Part shown: piece after piece, positions 48,039-60,000 of the stretch
How the letters are laid out: every line of letters starts with the position of its first letter
Position numbering within the stretch: the first letter of the stretch is position 1
Origin: Eledone cirrhosa
Lineage: Eukaryota
DNA length: 64,000 nucleotides
NCBI GenBank assembly: GCA_964016885.1
Contig: OZ024744.1
Span: 128,650,001-128,714,000, forward strand
Direction of reading: 5' to 3'
Translations under genes and position numbers: made by a program
The notes under the pieces: generated by a model
What the model saw: only the letters and a program-made list of their open reading frames with translations
Databases searched by the model: none
What the model was told of the DNA's origin: nothing

Positions 48039-51000
48039 GTTGAGTTTAAGTTAAGTTGGGATTAAGTTAAGTTGGGGTTAAGTTAAGATGGGGTTAAGTT
48101 ATGTTGAGGTTAAGTTAAGTTGGGGTTAAATTAAGTTGGGGTTAAGTTAAGTTGGGGTTAAGTTAAGTTGGGGTTAAGTTAAGTTGGGGGTAAGTTAAGT
48201 TGGGGTTAAGTTAAGTTCGGGTTAAGTTAAGTTGGTGTTAAGTTAAGTTGGGGCTGAGTTAAGTTGGGTTTAAGTTAAGTTGGGGTTAAGTTAAGTTGGG
48301 GTTAAGTTAAGTTGGGGTTAAATTAAGTTGGGGTTAAGTTAAGTTGGGGTTGAGTGAAGTTGGGGTTAAGTTAAGTTGGGGTTAAATTAAGTTGGGGTTA
48401 AGTTAAGTTGTGGTTGAGTGAAGTTGGGGTTAAGTTAAGTTGGGGTTAAATTAAGTTGGGGTTAAGTTTAGTTGGGGTTGAGTTAAGTTGGGGGTAAGTT
48501 AAGTTGGGGGCAAGTTAAGTTGGGGTTAAGTTAAGTTGGGGTTAAGTTAAGTTGGGGTTAATTTAAGTTGGGGTTATGTTAAGTTGGGGTTAAGTTAAGT
48601 TGGGGTTAAGTTAAGTTGGGGGTAAGTTACGTTAGGGCTAAGTTAAGTTGGGGTTAAGTTAAGTTGGTGTTAAGTTAAGTTGGGGGTAAGTTACGTTAGG
48701 GCTAAGTTACGTTGGGGTTAACTTAACCCCAACTTAACTTAACCCCAACTTAACTTAGACCCAACTTAACTGAGCCCCAACTTAACTTAACCCCAACGTA
48801 ACTTAGCCCTAACGTAACTTACCCCCAACTTAACTTAACACCAACTTAACTTAACCCCAACTTAACTTACCCCCAACTTAACTTACCCCCAACTTAACTT
48901 ACCCCCAACTTAACTTAACCCCAACTTAACTTAACCCCAACTTAAGTTAAGTTTGGGTTAAGGTTGGGGTTAAATTAAGTTGGGGTTAAGTTAAGTTGGG
49001 GTTAAGTTAAGTTGGGGTTAAGTTAAGTTGGGGGTAAGTTAAGTTGGGGTTAAGTTAAGTTCGGGTTAAGTTAAGTTGGTGTTAAGTTAAGTTGGGGCTG
49101 AGTTAAGTTGGGGCTAAGTTAAGTTGGGTCTAAGTTAAGTTGGGGTTAAGTTAAGTTGGGGTTAAGTTAAGTTGGTGTTAAATTAAGTTGGGGTTAAATT
49201 AAGTTGGTGTTAAGTTAAGTTGGGGTTAAGTTAAGTTGGGGTTAATTAAGTTGGGGTTAAGTTGGGGTTAAGTTTAGTTGGGGTTGAGTTAAGTTGGGGG
49301 TAAGTTAAGTTGGGGGCAAGTTAAGTTGGGGTTAAGTTAAGTTGGGGTTAAGTTAAGTTGGGGTTAATTTAAGTTGGGGTTATGTTAAGTTGGGGTTAAG
49401 TTAAGTTGGGGTTAATTAAGTTGGGGTTAAGTTAAGTTGGGGTTAAGTTAATTGGGGTTAAATTAAGTTAGGGTTGAGTTAAGTTGGGGTTAAGTTAAGT
49501 TGGGGTTATATTAAGTTGGGGTTAAGTTAAGTTGAGGTTAAGTAAAGTTGGGGTTCAGTTAAGTTGGGGTTAGGCTTAACTTAAGTTGGGGTTAAGTTAA
49601 GTTGGGGGTGAGTTAAGTTGGGGGTAAGTTAAGTTGGGGTTAAGTTAAGTTGGGGTTAAGTTGGGGTTAAGTTAATTTAGGGTTAAGTTAAGTTGGGGTT
49701 GAGTTAAGTTGGGGTTAAGTTAAGTGGTGGTTAATTTAAGTTGGGGTTAAGTTAAGTTGGGGTTAATTTAAATTGGGGTTAATTTAACTTTGTGGTTAAG
49801 TTAATTTGGGGTTAATTTAAGTTGGGGTTAAGTTAAGTTGGCGTTGAGTTAAGCTGGGGTTAAGTTAAGTTGGGGTTAAAATAAGTTGGGGTTAAGTTAA
49901 GTTGGGGTTGAGTTAAGTTGGGGTTGAGTTAATTTGGGGTTAAGTTAAGTTGGGGTTAACTTAAGTTGGGTTTAATTTAAGTTGGGGTTAAGTTAAGTTG
50001 GGGTTATAATTAAGTTGGGGTTAAGTTAAGTTGGGGGTAAGATAAGTTGGGGTTAGTTAAGTTGCGGTTAAGTTAAGTTGGGGTTAAGTTAAGTTGGGGT
50101 TAAGTTAAGTTGGGGTTAAGTTAAGTTGGGGTTAATTTAAGTTGGGGTAAAGTTAAGTTGGGGGTAAGTTAAGTTGGGGTTAAGTTAAGTTGGGGTTAAG
50201 TTGGGGTTAAGTTAAGTTAGGGTTAACTTAAGTTGGGGTTGTGTTAAGTGGTGGTTATGTTAAGTGGTGGTTATGTTAAGTTGGGGTTAAGTTAAGTTGG
50301 GGTTAAGTTAAATTGGGGTTAAGTTAAGTTGCGGTTAAGTTAAGTTGGGGTTAAGTTAAGTTGGGGTTAAGTTAATTAGGGTTAAGTTAAGTTGGGGTTA
50401 AGTTAAGTTGGGGTTAAGTTAAGTTGGGGTTAAGTTAATTTGTGGTTAAGTTAAGTTGGGGTTAAGTTAAGTTGGGGTTAAGTTAAGTTGGGGTTAAGTT
50501 AAGTTGGGGTTAAGTTAAGTTGGGGTTGAGTTAAGTTGAGGTTAAGTTAAGTCGGGGTTAAGTTAAGTTGAGGTTGAGTTAAGTTGGGGTTGAGTTAAGT
50601 TGGGGTTAAGTTAAGTTGGGGTTAAGTTAAGATGGATTTAAGTTAAGTTGGGGTAAAGTTAAGTTTGGGTTAATTTAAGTTGGGGTTAAGTTAAGTTGGG
50701 GTTAAGCTAAGTTGGGGTTTATTTAAATTGAGGTTAAGTTAACTTGGGTTTGAGTTAAGTTGGGGTTAAGTTAAGTTGGGGTTAAGTTAAGTTGGGGTTA
50801 AGTTAAGTCGGGGTTAAGTTAAGTTGAGGTTGAGTTAAGTTGGGGTTGAGTTAAGTTGGGGTTAAGTTAAGTTGGGGTTAAGTTAAGATGGATTTAAGTT
50901 AAGTTGGGGTCTAGTTAAGTTGGGGTTAAGTTAAGTTGGGGTAAAGTTAAGTTGGGGTTAATTTAAGTTGAGGTTAAGTTAACTTGGGGTTAAGTTAAGT

Positions 51001-54000
51001 TGGCGTTAAGTTAAGTTGGGGTTGAGTTAAGTTGGGGTTAAGTTAAGTTGGGGTTAACTTAAGTTGGGGTTAAGTTAAGTTGGGGTTGAGTTAAGTTTGG
51101 GTTAAGTTAAGTTGGGGTTAAGCTAAGTTGGGGTTAAGTTAAATTGAGGTTAAGTTAAGTTGGGGTTGAGTTAAGTTGGGGTTAAGTTAAGTTGGGGTTG
51201 AGTTAAGTTGAGGTTAAGTTAAGTTGGGGTTAAGTTAAGTTGGGGTTAAGTTAAGTTGGGGTTCAGTTAAGTTGGGGTTAAGTTAAGTTGGGGTTAAGTT
51301 AAGTTGGGGTTAAGTTAAGTTGGGGTTGAGTTAAGTTGGCGTTTAATTAAGTTGGGGTTGAGTTAAGTTGGGGTTGAGTTAAGTTGGGGTTGAGTTAAGT
51401 TGGGGTTAAGTTAAGATGGATTTAAGTTAAGTTGGGGTTAAATTAAGTTGGGGTTAAGTTAAGTTGGGGTAAAGTTAAGTTGGGGTTAAGTTAAGTTGAT
51501 GTTAAGTTAACTTGGGGTTAAGTTAAGTTCGGGTTAAGTTAAGTTGGGGTAGAGTTAAATTGAGGTTAAGTTAACTTTGGTTTCAGTTAAGTTGGGGTTA
51601 AGTTAAGTTGGGGTTAAGTTAAGTTGGGGTTAATTTAAGTTGGGGTTAAATTAAGTTGGAGTTAAGCTAAGTTGGGGTTTATTTAAATTGAGGTTAAGTT
51701 AACTTGGGTTTGAGTTAAGTTGGGGTTAAGTTAAGTTGGGGTTAAGTTAACTTGGGTTTGAGTTAAGTTGGGGTTAAGTTAAGTTGGGGTTAAGTTAAGT
51801 TGGGGTTAATTTAAGTTGGGGTTAAATTAAGTTGGGGTTAAGTTAAGTTGGGGTTAAGTTAAGTTGAGGTTGAGTTAAGTTGGGGTTGAATTAAGTTGGG
51901 GTTAAGTTAAGTTGGGGTTAAGTTAAGATGGGGTTAAGCTAAGTTGGGGTTAAGTTAAATTGAGGTTAAGTTAACTTGGGTTTGAGTTAAGTTGGGGTTA
52001 AGTTAAGTTGGGGTTAAGTTAAGTTGGGGTTAATTTAAGTTGGGGTTAAATTAAGTTGGGGTTAAGTTAAGTTGGGGTTAAGTTAAGTTGGAGTTAAGTT
52101 AAGTTGGGGTTAAGTTAAGTTGAGGTTGAGTTAATTTGGGGTTAAGTTAAGTTGGGGTTAACTTAAGTTGGGGTTAATTTAAGTTGGGGTTAAGTTAAGT
52201 TGGGGGTAAGTTAAGTTGGGGGCAAGTTGAGTTGGGGTTAAGTTAAGTTGGGTTTAAGTTAAGTTGGGGCTAAGTTAAGTTGGGGCTAAGTTAAGTTGGG
52301 GCTGAGTTAAGTTGGGGTTAAGTTAAGTTGGGGTTGAGTTAAGTTGGGGTTAACTTAAGTTGGGGTTAAGTTGGGGTTAAGTTAAGTTGGGGTTAAATTA
52401 AGTTGGGGGTTAGTTAAGTTGGGGCAAGTTAAGTTGGGGTTAATTTAAGTTGGGGTTAATTTAAGTTGGGGTTATGTTAAGTTGGGGTTAAGTTAAGTTG
52501 GGGTTAAGTTAAGTTGGGGGTAAGTTAAGTTGGGGTTAAGTTAAGTTGGGGGTAAGTTAAGTTGAGGGTAAGTCAAGTTGGGGTTAAGTCAAGTTGGGGT
52601 TAAGTTAAGTTGGGGTTAAGTTAAGTTGGGGTTGAGTTAAGTTGGGGTTGAGTTAAGTTGGGGTTAAGTTAAGTTGGGTGTAAGTTAAGTTGGGGTTAAG
52701 TTAAGTTGGGGTTAAGTTAAGTTGGGGTTAAGTTAAGTTGGGGGTAAGTTAAGTTGGGGGCAAGTTAAGTTGGGGTTAAGTTAAGTTGGGGTTAAGTTAA
52801 GTTGGGGTTAAGTTAAGTTGGGGTTAAGTTAAGTTGGGGTTAAGTTAAGTTGGGGGTAAGTTAAGTTGGGGTTAAGTTAAGTTGGGGTTAAATTAAGTTG
52901 AGGTTAAGTTAATTTGGGGTTAAGTTAAGTTGGGGTTAAATTAAGTTGGGGGTAAGATAAGTTGGGGCTAAGTTAAGTTGGGGCTAAGTCAAGTTGGGGT
53001 TAAGTCAAGTTGAGGTTAACTTAAGTTGGGGTTAAGTTAAGTTGGGGTTAAGTTAAGTTGGGGTTAAGGTAAGGTGGGGTTAAGTTAAGTTGGGGTTAAG
53101 TTAAGTTGGGGTTAAGTTAAGTTGGGGTTAAGTTAAGTTAGGGTTAATTTCAGTTGGGGTTATGTTAAGTTGGGGTTAAGTTAAGTTGGGGTTAAGTTAA
53201 GTTGAGGTTAAGTTAAGTTGGAGTTAAGTTAAGTTGGGGTTAAGCTAAGTTGGGGTTAAGTTAATTTGCGGTTAAGTTAGGTTGTGGGTTAAGTTAAGTT
53301 GGGGTTAAGTTAAGCTGGGGTTAAGTTAGGGTAAGTTAAGTTGGGGTTAAGTTAAGTTGGGGTTAAGTTAGGTTGGGGTTAAGTTAAGTTGGGGTTAAGT
53401 TAAGTTGGGGTTGAGTTAAGTTGGGGTTGAGTTAAGTTGGGGTTAAGTTAAGTTGGGGTTAAGTTAAGTTGGGGTTAAGTTAAGTTGGGGTTAAGTTAAG
53501 TTGGGGTTAAGTTAAGTTGGGGGCAAGTTAAGTTGGGGTTAATTTAAGTTGAGGTTAAGTTAAGTTGGTGTTAAGTTAAGTTGGGGCTAAGTTAAGTTGG
53601 GGCTGAGTTAAGTTGGGGCTGAGTTAAGTTGCAGTTAAGTTAAGTTGGGGTTGAGTTAAGTTGCGGTTAAGTTAAGTTGGGGTTAAGTTAAGTTGGGGTT
53701 AAGTTAAGTTGGGGTTTATTTAAGTTGGGGTTCAGTTAATTTGGGGTTAAGTTAAGTTTGGGTTAAGTTGGGGTTAAATTAAGTTGGGGTTAAATTAAGT
53801 TGGGGTTAAGCTAATTTGGTGTTAAGTTAAGTTGGGGTTAATTTAAGTTGGGGTTAAGTTAAGTTGCGGGTAATTTAAGTCGGGGTTAAGTTAAGTTGGG
53901 GTTAAGTTAAGTTGGGGTTAAGTTAAGGTGGGGTTTAGTTAAGTTGGGGTTAAGTTAAGTTGGGGGTAAGTTAAGTTGGGGGTAAGTTAAGTTGGGGGTA

Positions 54001-57000
54001 AGTTAAGTTGGGGTTAAGTTAAGTCGGGGTTAAGTTAAGTTGGGGTTAAGTTAAGTTGGGGTTAATTTAAGTTGGGGTTAAGTTAAGTTGGGGGTAAGTT
54101 AAGTTGGGGGTAAGTTAAGTTAGGGTTAAGTTAAGTTGGGGTTGAGTTAAGTTGGGGTTAAGTTAAGTTGGGGTTATGTTAAGTTGGGGTTAAGTTAAGT
54201 TGGGGTTAAGTTAAGTTGGGGTTAAGTTAAGTTGCGGTTAAGTTAAGTTGGGGTTAAATTAAGTTGGGGTTAAGTTAAGTTGGGATTAAGTTAAGTTGGG
54301 GTTAAGTTAAGTTGGGGTTAAGTTAAGTTGGGGTTAAGTTAGATTGTTGTTAAGTTAAGTTGGGGTTAAGTTAAGTTGGGGTTAAGTTAAGTTGGGGTTA
54401 ATTTAAGTTGGGGTTAAGTTATGTCGGGGTTAAGTTGAGTTGGGGTTAAGTTAAGTTGGGGTTAAGTTAAGTTGGGGTTAAGTTAAGTTGGGGTTAAGAT
54501 AAGTTGGGGTTAAGTTAAGTTGGGGTTAAATTAAGTTCGGGTTAAGTTAATTTGGGGTTGACTTAAGTTGGGGTTAACTTAAGTTGGGATTAAGTTAAGT
54601 TGGGGTTAAGTTAAGTTGGGGTTAAATTAAGTTCGGGTTAAGTTAAGTTGGGGTTAAGTTAAGTTGGGGTTAAGTTAAGTTGGGGTTAAGTTAGGTTGGG
54701 GTTAAGTTAAGTTGGGGGTAAGTTAAGTTGGGGTTAAGTTAAGTTGGGGTTAAGTTAAGTTGGGGGTAAGTTAAGTTGGGGGTAAGTTAAGTTGGGGTTA
54801 ATTTAAGTTGGGTCGAATTAAGTTGGTGTTAAGTTAAGTTGGGGTTAAGTTAAGTTGGGGTTAAGTTAAGTTGGGGTTAAGTTAAGATGGGGTTTAGTTA
54901 AGTTGGGGTTAAGTTAAGTTGGGGTTACGTTAAGTTGGGGGTAAGTTAAGTTGGTGGTAAGTTAAGTTGGGGGTAAGTTAAGATGGGGTTAAATTAAGTT
55001 GGGGTTAAGTTAATTTGGGGTTGACTTAATTTGGGGTTGACTTAAGTTGGGGTTAACTTAAGTTGGGGTTAAGTTAAGTTGGGGTTAAGTTAAGTTGGTG
55101 GTAAGTTAAGTTGGGGGTAAGTTAAGTTGGGGGTAAGTTAAGTTGGGGTTAATTTAAGTTGGGTCGAATTAAGTTGGTGTTAAGTTAAGTTGGGGTTAAG
55201 TTAAGTTGGGGTTAAGTTAAGTTGGGGTTAAGTTAAGTTGGGGGTAAGTTAAGTTGGGGGTAAGTTAAGTTGGGGTTAATTTAAGTTGGGTCGAATTAAG
55301 TTGGTGTTAAGTTAAGTTGGGGTTAAGTTAAGTTGGGGTTAAGTTAAGTTGGGGTTGAGTTAAGTCGGGGTTAAGTTAAGTTGGGGTTATGTTAAGTTGG
55401 GGTTAAGTTAAGTTGGGGTTAAGTTAAGTTGGGGTTCAATTAAGTTGCGGTTAATTTAAGTTGGGGTTAAGTTAAGTTGGGGTTAAGTTAAGTTGGGGTT
55501 AAGTTAAGTTGGGGTTAAATTAAGTTGGGGTTAAATTAAGTTGGGGTTAAGTTAAGTTGGGGTTATGTTAAGTTGGTGTTAAGTTAAGTTGGGGTTAAGT
55601 TAAGTTGGGGTTAAGTTAAGTTGGGGTTAAGTTAGGTTGGTGTTAAGTTAAGTTGGGGGTAAGTTAAGTTGGGGGTAAGTTAAGTTGGTGTTAAGTTAAG
55701 TTGGGGTTAAGTTAAGTTGGGGTTAAGTTAAGTTGGGTTTAAGTTAAGTTGGGGCTAAGTTAAGTTAGGGCTAAGTTAAGTTGGGGTTAAGTAAAGTTAG
55801 GGCTAAGTTAAGTTGGGTTAAGTTAAGTTGGGGTTAATTTAACTTGGGGTTACATTAAGTTGAGGTTAAGTTAAGTTGGTGTTAAGTTAAGTTGGGGTTA
55901 ATTTAAGTTGGGGTTAATTAAGTTGGGGTTAATTTAAGTTGGGGTTAAGTTAAGTTGGGGTTAATTTCAGTTGGGGTTGAGTTAAGTTGGGGTTAAGTTT
56001 AGTTGGGGTTAATTTAAGTTGGGGTTGAGTTAAGTTGGGGTTAAGTTAAGTTGGGGTTAAGTTATGTTCGGGTTAAGTTAAGTTGGTGTTAAGTTAAGTT
56101 AGGGTTAAGTTAAGTTGCGGCTAAGTTAAGTTGGGGTTAAGTTAAGTTGGGGTTAAGTTAAGTGAGGGTTAATTTAAGTTGGGGTTATTTTAAGTTGGGG
56201 TTAAGTTAAGTTGGGGTTAAGTTAGGTTGGTGTTAAGTTAAGTTGGGGGTAAGTTAAGTTGGGGGTAAGTTAAGTTGGTGTTAAGTTAAGTTGGGTTTAA
56301 GTTAAGTTGGGGCTAAGTTAAGTTAGGGCTAAGTTAAGTTGGGGCTGAGTTAAGTTGGGGTTAAGTTAAGTTGGGGTTGAGTTAAGTTGGGGCTAAGTTA
56401 AGTTGGGGTTTAGTTAAGTTGGGGTTAAGTTAAGGTGGGGTTAAGTTAAGTTGGGGTCAACTAAAGTTGGGGTTAAGTTAAGTTGGGGTTAACTTAAGTT
56501 GGGGTTAAATTAAGTTGGGGTTAAGTTAAGTTGGGGTTAAGTTAAGTTGGGGTTAAGTTAAGTTGCGGGTAATTTAAGTTGGGGTTAAGTTAAGTTGGGG
56601 TTAAGTTAAGTTGGGGGTAAGTTAAGTTGGGGGTAAGTTAAGTTGGGGTTAAGTTAAGTTAGGGTTAAGTTAAGTTGGGGTTGAGTTAAGTTGGGGTTAA
56701 GTTAAGTTGGGGTTATGTTAAGTTGGGGTTTAGTTAAGTTGGGGTTAATTTAAGTTGGGGTTAAGTTAAGTTGCGGTTAAGTTAAGTTGGGGTTAAATTA
56801 AGTTGGGGTTAAGTTAAGTTGGGATTAAGTTAAGTTGGGGTTAAGTTAAGTTGGGGTTAAGTTAGATTGTTGTTAAGTTAAGTTGGGGTTAAGTTAAGTT
56901 GGGGTTAATTTAAGTTGGGGTTAATTTAAGTTGGGTCTAATTAAGTTGGGGTTAAGTTAAGTTGGGGTTAAGTTAAGTTGGGGTTAAGTTAAGTTGGGGT

Positions 57001-60000
57001 TAAGTTAAGTTGCGTTTACGTTAAGTTGGGGGTAAGTTAAGTTGGTGGTAAGTTAAGTTGGGGGTAAGTTAAGATGGGGTTAAGTTAAGTTGGGGTTAAT
57101 TTAATTTGGGGTTAAGTTAAGTTAGGGTTAAGTTAAGTTGGGGTTGAGTTAAGTCGGGGTTCAGTTAAGTTGGGGTTATGTTAAGTTGGGGTTAAGTTAA
57201 GTTGGGGTTAAGTTAAGTTGGGGTTCAATTAAGTTGCGGGTAATTTAAGTTGGGGTTAAGTTAAGTTGGGGGTACGTTAAGTTGGGGTTAAGTTAAGTTG
57301 GGGTTAAGTTAAGTCGGGGTTAATTTAAGTTGCGGTTAAGTTAAGTTGGGGTTAAGTTAAGTTGGGGTTAAGTTAAGTTGGGATTAAGTTAAGTTGGGGT
57401 TAAGTTAAGTTGGGGTTGAGTTAAGTTGGGGTTAAGTTAGATTATTGTTAATTTATTTTGGGGTTAAGTTAAGTTGGGGTTAAGTTAAGTTGGGGTTAAT
57501 TTAAGTTGGGGTTAAGTTAAGTGGGGGTTAAGTTGAGTTGGGGTTAAGTTAAGTTGGGGTTAAGTTAAGTTGGGGTTAAGATAAGTTGGGGTTAAGTTAA
57601 GTTGGGGTTGAGTTAAGTTCGGGTTGAGTTAATTTGGGGTTAACTTAAGTTGGGGTTAACTTAAGTTGGGGTTAAGTTAAGTTGGGTTTATGTTAAGTTG
57701 GGGATAAGTTAAGTTGGGGTTAAGTTAAGTTGGGGTTCAATTAAGTTGCGGTTAATTTAAGTTGGAGTTAAGTTAAGTTGGGGTTAAGTTAAGTTGGGGT
57801 TAAGTTAAGTTGGGGTTAAATTAAGTTAGGGCTAAGTTAAGTTGAGGTTATGTTAAGTTGGTGTTAAGTTAAGTTGGGGTTAAGTTAAGTTGGGGTTTAA
57901 GTTAAGTTGGGGTTAAGTTAAGTTGGGGTTAAGTTAGGTTGGTGTTAAGTTAAGTTGGGGGTAAGTTAAGTTGGGGGTAAGTTAAGTTGGTGTTAAGTTA
58001 AGTTGGGGTTAAGTTAAGTTGGGGTTAATTTAAGTTGGGGTTAAGTTAAGTTGGGTTTAAGTTAAGTTGGGTCTAAGTTAAGTTGGGGTTAAGTTAAGTT
58101 GAGGTTAAGTTAAGTTGGGATTCAGTTAAGTTGGGGTTAAGTTAAGTTGGGGTTAAGTTAAGTTGGGGTTAAGTTAGGTTGGGGTCAAGTTATGTTGGGG
58201 GTAAGTTAAGTTGGGGGTAAGTTAAGTTGGGGTTAATTTAAGTTGGGTCGAATTAAGTTGGTGTTAAGTTAAGTTGGGGTTAAGTTAAGTTGGGGTTAAG
58301 TTAAGTTGGGGTTAAGTTAAGTTGGGGGTAAGTTAAGTTGGGGGTAAGTTAAGTTGGGGTTAATTTAAGTTGGGTCGAATTAAGTTGGTGTTAAGTTAAG
58401 TTGGGGTTAAGTTAAGTTGGGGTTAAGTTAAGTTGGGGTTGAGTTAAGTCGGGGTTAAGTTAAGTTGGGGTTATGTTAAGTTGGGGTTAAGTTAAGTTGG
58501 GGTTAAGTTAAGTTGGGGTTCAATTAAGTTGCGGTTAATTTAAGTTGGGGTTAAGTTAAGTTGGGGTTAAGTTAAGTTGGGGTTAAGTTAAGTTGGGGTT
58601 AAATTAAGTTGGGGTTAAATTAAGTTGGGGTTAAGTTAAGTTGGGGTTATGTTAAGTTGGTGTTAAGTTAAGTTGGGGTTAAGTTAAGTTGGGGTTAAGT
58701 TAAGTTGGGGTTAAGTTAGGTTGGTGTTAAGTTAAGTTGGGGGTAAGTTAAGTTGGGGGTAAGTTAAGTTGGTGTTAAGTTAAGTTGGGGTTAAGTTAAG
58801 TTGGGGTTAAGTTAAGTTGGGTTTAAGTTAAGTTGGGGCTAAGTTAAGTTAGGGCTAAGTTAAGTTGGGGTTAAGTAAAGTTAGGGCTAAGTTAAGTTGG
58901 GTTAAGTTAAGTTGGGGTTAATTTAACTTGGAGTTACATTAAGTTGAGGTTAAGTTAAGTTGGTGTTAAGTTAAGTTGGGGTTAATTTAAGTTGGGGTTA
59001 ATTAAGTTGGGGTTAATTTAAGTTGGGGTTAAGTTAAGTTGGGGTTAATTTCAGTTGGGGTTGAGTTAAGTTGGGGTTAAGTTTAGTTGGGGTTAATTTA
59101 AGTTGGGGTTGAGTTAAGTTGGGGTTAAGTTAAGTTGGGGTTAAGTTATGTTCGGGTTAAGTTAAGTTGGTGTTAAGTTAAGTTAGGGTTAAGTTAAGTT
59201 GCGGCTAAGTTAAGTTGGGTCTAAGTTAAGTTGGGGTTAAGTTAAGTTGGGGTTAAGTTAAGTGAGGGTTAATTTAAGTTGGGGTTATTTTAAGTTGGGG
59301 TTAAGTTAAGTTGGGGTTAAGTTAGGTTGGTGTTAAGTTAAGTTGGGGGTAAGTTAAGTTGGGGGTAAGTTAAGTTGGTGTTAAGTTAAGTTGGGTTTAA
59401 GTTAAGTTGGGGCTAAGTTAAGTTAGGGCTAAGTTAAGTTGGGGCTGAGTTAAGTTGGGGTTAAGTTAAGTTGGGGTTGAGTTAAGTTGGGGCTAAGTTA
59501 AGTTGGGGTTTAGTTAAGTTGGGGTTAAGTTAAGGTGGGGTTAAGTTAAGTTGGGGTCAACTAAAGTTGGGGTTAAGTTAAGTTGGGGTTAACTTAAGTT
59601 GGGGTTAAATTAAGTTGGGGTTAAGTTAAGTTGGGGTTAAGTTAAGTTGGGGTTAAGTTAAGTTGCGGGTAATTTAAGTTGGGGTTAAGTTAAGTTGGGG
59701 TTAAGTTAAGTTGGGGGTAAGTTAAGTTGGGGGTAAGTTAAGTTGGGGTTAAGTTAAGTTAGGGTTAAGTTAAGTTGGGGTTGAGTTAAGTTGGGGTTAA
59801 GTTAAGTTGGGGTTATGTTAAGTTGGGGTTAAGTTAAGTTGGGGTTAATTTAAGTTGGGGTTAAGTTAAGTTGCGGTTAAGTTAAGTTGGGGTTAAATTA
59901 AGTTGGGGTTAAGTTAAGTTGGGATTAAGTTAAGTTGGGGTTAAGTTAAGTTGGGGTTAAGTTAGATTGTTGTTAAGTTAAGTTGGGGTTAAGTTAAGTT

